Source: Candidatus Poribacteria bacterium (GTDB taxonomy: Bacteria; Poribacteria; WGA-4E; PCPOR2b). From it: 64,000 nucleotides of DNA. Positions 60,067 through 64,000 of this stretch are shown piece after piece (position 1 is the stretch's first letter; the number at the start of each line of letters is the position of its first letter). Location: NCBI GenBank assembly GCA_965198175.1, contig OZ240245.1, forward strand, positions 2,336,001-2,400,000. The letters run 5' to 3'. The notes beneath the pieces were generated by a model that ran no database searches, was not told where the DNA came from, and was given only the letters and a program-made list of their open reading frames with translations. Position numbers and translations under genes: made by a program.

Positions 60067-61157
60067 TAGGAGTTACGCGGAGCAGATAGACACGGACAGT
60101 AAAAAGCAGTAAAATAAGGAACGAGGAGGTAAGTATGGTGAAACCAACCCGGCTTGATTACTGTCAGTATCTGCTGAGCAGTCCAATTAACTATACCTTA
60201 ACGCACTTCGCCGACCACAGCGAAGATTTCAGTCATGATATGATAAACCGTTATCTGGCGGGAGATTGTATTCCTCCTCGCTTGGTGTGGGAAAACGTTA
60301 AACCTCATCTGGTTCAAGTTGAAGAAGGATATGTCATCTTTGATGACACGGTTTTAGATAAAAAGCACGCTAGGCATATTGAGTTAGTACGTCGTCAATA
60401 CAGTGGCAACGCCCGGGGTGTTATCAACGGCATCGGAGTAGTTACTTGTGTCTATGTGAATCCACTGCTAGACCGTTTCTGGGTAATTGACTACCGGATT
60501 TACGACCCAGAAGGAGACGGCAAAACGAAGTTAGACCACGTCAGAGACATGTTATCTCTACTGGTCTACCAGAGACAACTTCTCTTTCAAGCAGTGCTGA
60601 TGGACAGTTGGTATGCTACCAAAACCGTGATGCTACACATTGAAAACTTGGGAAAAGTCTACTACTGCCCACTAAAAACCAATCGGCTGGTTGACGATTC
60701 AAACGCCAATAAACCGTACCAACGCATTGACAACTTAGCTTGGACACCGACCGAACTTCATGAAGGCAAACGTATCAAAATCAAAGGGTTTCCCAGAGAC
60801 CACAAGGTGAAATTATTTCGGGTGGCGTCTGATACCGGACGCACGGATTATGTCGTCACTAACGACTTAGCACAAAACGACACTTCAGTGACACAACAGG
60901 CGTGTAACTGGCGGTGGAAGATTGAGCAATTTCACCGTGAAGCCAAACAACTCACCGGTCTCGAAAAATGTCAATGTCGATTGGCACGGATTGTTCGCAA
61001 CCATATCGGTTGTGCATTGTTAGTTTGGATTCGACTTGCAACTATGGCGTACCAGACTGGACGAACCATTTATCAGGTTAAACACGGGATGCTGGAAGCG
61101 TATTTACGACAACAGTTAAAATCTCCGGCTATTAACATGGCGCTTGCGTAAGTCCTA
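60067..61157 (+). mobile_element. Complete IS701-family insertion sequence
   Basis: TIRs TAGGAGTTACGC / GCGTAAGTCCTA, 5-bp target duplication ACGAA, single transposase ORF. Confidence 0.9.
60135..61151 (+). CDS. IS701-family DDE transposase
   Basis: IFDDTVLDK, MDSWY and RWKIEQFHREAKQ (DDE triad); the stop lies inside the right TIR. Confidence 0.9.
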   Translation: MVKPTRLDYCQYLLSSPINYTLTHFADHSEDFSHDMINRYLAGDCIPPRLVWENVKPHLVQVEEGYVIFDDTVLDKKHARHIELVRRQYSGNARGVINGIGVVTCVYVNPLLDRFWVIDYRIYDPEGDGKTKLDHVRDMLSLLVYQRQLLFQAVLMDSWYATKTVMLHIENLGKVYYCPLKTNRLVDDSNANKPYQRIDNLAWTPTELHEGKRIKIKGFPRDHKVKLFRVASDTGRTDYVVTNDLAQNDTSVTQQACNWRWKIEQFHREAKQLTGLEKCQCRLARIVRNHIGCALLVWIRLATMAYQTGRTIYQVKHGMLEAYLRQQLKSPAINMALA

Positions 61158-61307
61158 ACGAAGTGTACCATCCCTTTTCTGCCATCTATGCGTCAATGAA
61201 TCAAGTCAATCGATCGACGAATCCGGGGTTATTCACCTCTTTTTACTTCTTCTCTCAACGAGGTTTTCCACGACAGCTTGACTCGTCAACTGTTATCGTG
61301 TCAATCG

Positions 61308-61988
61308 TCAATTTTCCTCATCTTCAAGGTGTTCCTGCAACGCGACCTGAATTTGCAAGATGGTATGTGCTATTGCATAAAGATTCGGATTAACTTCCAA
61401 GGCTCGTTGATAAGCATCTATTGCTTGTCTAAGGTGTCCTAACCTGAGATAACAGTGTCCCAGTCCCGCAAATGCGCCGAAGTGATAGGGATTAAGGGCA
61501 ATCGCTTGCTCGCAATCATCAATTGACTTTTCCCACTCTTCTTGCATAAAGTAGGCAATCGCTCGTTGATTATACCCTTCAGCGAATTTCGGGGCGACTT
61601 GAATTACCGCTGTCAATTTTTCTATTGCATCTTCATACTGTTCTTTTTTTAATGTATCTTGCGCCCTCTTGAGCATTGCATCGACTGATTCATTGCCAGA
61701 ACGAAACCAAATCGCCCATAACGCCTGCTCGGCATTGGATCGCAACCCTGGATCTTCATGCTGAAGCGATTCAACCAAAGGCTGTACCGCTTGCGCGTCG
61801 CTGATGACTCCAAGTGTATAGGTCGCTGCGCGTCGGGTTGGGGCAATTTCGTGCGATAGCAACTCGATTAAAGTTTCCTGCGTGTAATTCTTATTCCTCA
61901 GCGCACGCTTCAAATCTTCTTTCTGTTCTTGATTCGGATAACGCAACAACAATTTTGCTAGATCAGAATGTCCATTACTTCCTGACAT
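61308..61988 (-). CDS. HEAT + tetratricopeptide repeat protein
   Basis: HEAT-like RRAATYTLG...LVESLQHEDPGLR; three TPRs (FAEGYNQRA, NPYHFGA, ALEVNP). Confidence 0.8.
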   Translation of the reverse strand: MSGSNGHSDLAKLLLRYPNQEQKEDLKRALRNKNYTQETLIELLSHEIAPTRRAATYTLGVISDAQAVQPLVESLQHEDPGLRSNAEQALWAIWFRSGNESVDAMLKRAQDTLKKEQYEDAIEKLTAVIQVAPKFAEGYNQRAIAYFMQEEWEKSIDDCEQAIALNPYHFGAFAGLGHCYLRLGHLRQAIDAYQRALEVNPNLYAIAHTILQIQVALQEHLEDEEN

Positions 61989-62346
61989 TGTCTATTCCTC
62001 AAGAAAGACGAGTGCATATTGAATGGAGTATATGGAACTCTTGTGCAGTGCGGTTCAGTATCGCTTGGAACGCCACAATGCGGCGCTTAGAAAATTATCA
62101 AATTTTGGGCGGCTTGATTGCTTTTCATCTTATCACACCGCCTGAACAATGACAAGGCAAAAGTGTTGAGTGGAGTTCATGAAGCGCTCTAATTTTAGAA
62201 ATTTTAGCTGAGAAGGTGAGTTAGATTGGCGGTTAGGCTTGCGAAGATGTATTGATATTGGATATAATCAGTTGTTAAGGAAAACTGTCTATCTGTCAGA
62301 TTTTCATATCCAGCGCCCTATTCGGGCAAATTAAGAGCTTTTTACC

Positions 62347-63381
62347 ATGTATACGCTCGAACCGCTGAATAGAGAACGTTCAGATGTGTGGGACAAAATT
62401 TTGAGTCATTGTCCGAACAGTACTGCTTTTCACTCAACCACTTGGCGCAATGCGCTGGCGGGTTCTTTCAAACAGTTGACTCCCACTTACTTTCTGATTA
62501 AGGAAAATGGCACGACGATTGGCGGATTGCCTGTTTTCGTTTTTCAACCTATTCCCAGTATCAAGATGTTACAGTCAATGCCGTGGAATCTGTCCGGTGG
62601 GATTCAACTGATCGAGGAATCATCGGTGAATCTCAACCTCCTGTTTCAAGCCGTTGAAAGTCGTTTGAATCGGTTCGTCAGTGAACATGGCCTCTGTGAA
62701 ACGCTCTTCACCCTCTCGCCAAGCCAGACAGATGACCTTGGGCAGAAGTTGATTGAATTGGGGTATCGAAGGTGCGAGAAGCGCTTTACACACCTTCTCA
62801 AAACCCATCCGGATTACGATGTCGTCTGGACAGGCTACAAGAAGTCAATAAGAAAGGCGGTCAGAAAGGCGGTGAAATCAGGGGTATCGGTTTACGACAC
62901 GGACAAGGAGAGCGATCTCGAAGCATTCTACGAGATTTACTTGGCAACGCAAAAGAAGGTCCGGGGTGTTCCCAAACCCTTGTCTCTGCTGAAATTTCTT
63001 TTTCACAGCGACCTTGCGAAGTTAGTAATCGCAAAACATGATGGATTGATTATCGCAGGGGTGCTATATTTGTACTTCAACCGCACCGTAACGCCTTGGT
63101 GCGGTGGTTCTGTGCCTGAGTTTCTTGAGTATCGTCCGAACAACGTGATCCTCCATCACATCATCAAATGGGCATGTTCCGATGGATATGCGTGGGTGGA
63201 TCTCGGGGCGTCGCCCCCGGATAATCCTGGATTGATTGTTTACAAAGAACAGCATCGAGCAAAGCGATTTGATTTTTGTAGTTATTTAAAAATCCACTCT
63301 CCTATTAAAAGAGCGGTATGGCAAAGGTCTGAACCAGCACTCCGAAAGATCTACACTTGGGTGCAGCACGCGCGAAGTTAA
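62347..63381 (+). CDS. GNAT / FemAB-like acyltransferase
   Basis: STAFHSTTW, IRKAVRKAVKSGV, YRPNN and WVDLGAS...GLIVYK. Confidence 0.75.
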   Translation: MYTLEPLNRERSDVWDKILSHCPNSTAFHSTTWRNALAGSFKQLTPTYFLIKENGTTIGGLPVFVFQPIPSIKMLQSMPWNLSGGIQLIEESSVNLNLLFQAVESRLNRFVSEHGLCETLFTLSPSQTDDLGQKLIELGYRRCEKRFTHLLKTHPDYDVVWTGYKKSIRKAVRKAVKSGVSVYDTDKESDLEAFYEIYLATQKKVRGVPKPLSLLKFLFHSDLAKLVIAKHDGLIIAGVLYLYFNRTVTPWCGGSVPEFLEYRPNNVILHHIIKWACSDGYAWVDLGASPPDNPGLIVYKEQHRAKRFDFCSYLKIHSPIKRAVWQRSEPALRKIYTWVQHARS

Positions 63382-63654
63382 ATGGCAGCAGGTCCATCCT
63401 GCCCCTAGTATCTGCGCTTCTTCGTAAAGAATACTGGGCCCACAGGTTATCCAGAGCGAATAAACTCAAATAAGTCAGGTGCTGTATTCATGCGACGCGG
63501 AGTAGTTTAGATTTTGCTTTCTGTTTTTTGTCATACGTGCTAGAATAGTCACCGAAGCATAATAACCTTCAGATTGGCTTCACACGCCGGGTTGCTACAA
63601 TCCATGCAACCTCTCACAGTTTTCTGAGGAAATTCAACAAGGAGGTGTACTAAA

Positions 63655-64000
63655 GTGAAAGCCGCATTTAGGAAACTAACCCTCGTATGCGTAAGTTCTA
63701 GTTTTCTTGGGCTGATAATCGCAAGCCCAAGTTATTCCAAAATTAACTCAGAAACCATCGTCGGAATCTGGTTACTTGATGAAGGTCAAGGAGATATAGC
63801 AAAAGACGCTTCTGGCAACGGCCATGATGGAGAGTTCATCGGTTTAAACCCTCAATGGGTAAAAGGCAAGTTCGGCAGGGCGTTTGAATTTGACGGACAG
63901 GATGATTCTGTCCTATTTAATGCCAAAGAACGTCCCGAACACGCTTTTATATTTCATCAGCCGACCGACGCGACATTCCTGTTTTGGGTGAAAAGACTCA
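63655..64000 (+). CDS. Secreted LamG/concanavalin-like domain protein, 5' part (runs off the window edge)
   Basis: SD AAGGAGG then GTG. Manual translation MKAAFRKLTLVCVSSSFLGLIIASPSYSKINSETIVGIWLLDEGQGDIAKDASGNGHDG...WVKGKFGRAFEFDG. Confidence 0.8.
   Translation, partial: MKAAFRKLTLVCVSSSFLGLIIASPSYSKINSETIVGIWLLDEGQGDIAKDASGNGHDGEFIGLNPQWVKGKFGRAFEFDGQDDSVLFNAKERPEHAFIFHQPTDATFLFWVKRL

Noticed and set aside
63570..63640. Two small hairpins upstream of the LamG gene as a riboswitch
   Set aside because: Short stems (GGTTGC/GCAACC and CTCA/TGAG) with no recognisable aptamer consensus.
1..64000. Numerous short antisense or overlapping ORFs in the six-frame track (e.g. 3212-3730, 15145-15678, 50713-51213)
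   Set aside because: They are shadow ORFs overlapping well-supported genes, with no motifs of their own.

Overview
This is a gene-dense bacterial window read with the standard code (TGA is an ordinary stop in many genes). The gene content (LamG-type secreted protein, PhyH dioxygenase, Gfo/Idh/MocA, GH127-like pair) resembles Candidatus Poribacteria, but that is an inference. The left part holds fatty-acid/CoA catabolism (acyl-CoA ligase, FadA/FadN, CoA-transferase, acyl-CoA dehydrogenase), a cyclase-ATPase-TPR protein, a DASS transporter and DacB. The centre (about 23.8-40 kb) is an accessory region of paralog pairs: two trypsin-TPR-beta-barrel proteins, two HEAT proteins and two GH127-like hydrolases. 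It is followed by a minus-strand run senA - senB - eukaryote-type glutamine-dependent NAD synthetase - Rieske protein. The right part holds pyrK-pyrD-pyrB, a flippase, a PurS-like protein, lsrF/ADH, yvcK, a phosphohexomutase and an intact IS701-family element. Highlights: (1) selenoneine gene senB has one in-frame TGA at a position I recall as Cys in many homologs, followed by a SECIS-compatible hairpin, so it is a candidate selenoprotein or selenium-gated readthrough (a nonsense mutation is not excluded); (2) an intronless NADSYN1/Qns1-type NAD synthetase; (3) a protease-TPR-outer-membrane-barrel pair in which one copy has lost the catalytic Asp; (4) two MITEs carrying GTAG-REP hairpins, one sharing ends with the IS701 element and one with an empty site in the paralogous copy. 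No rRNA, tRNA or CRISPR array was seen. All family assignments come from motif recognition; no database search was run.
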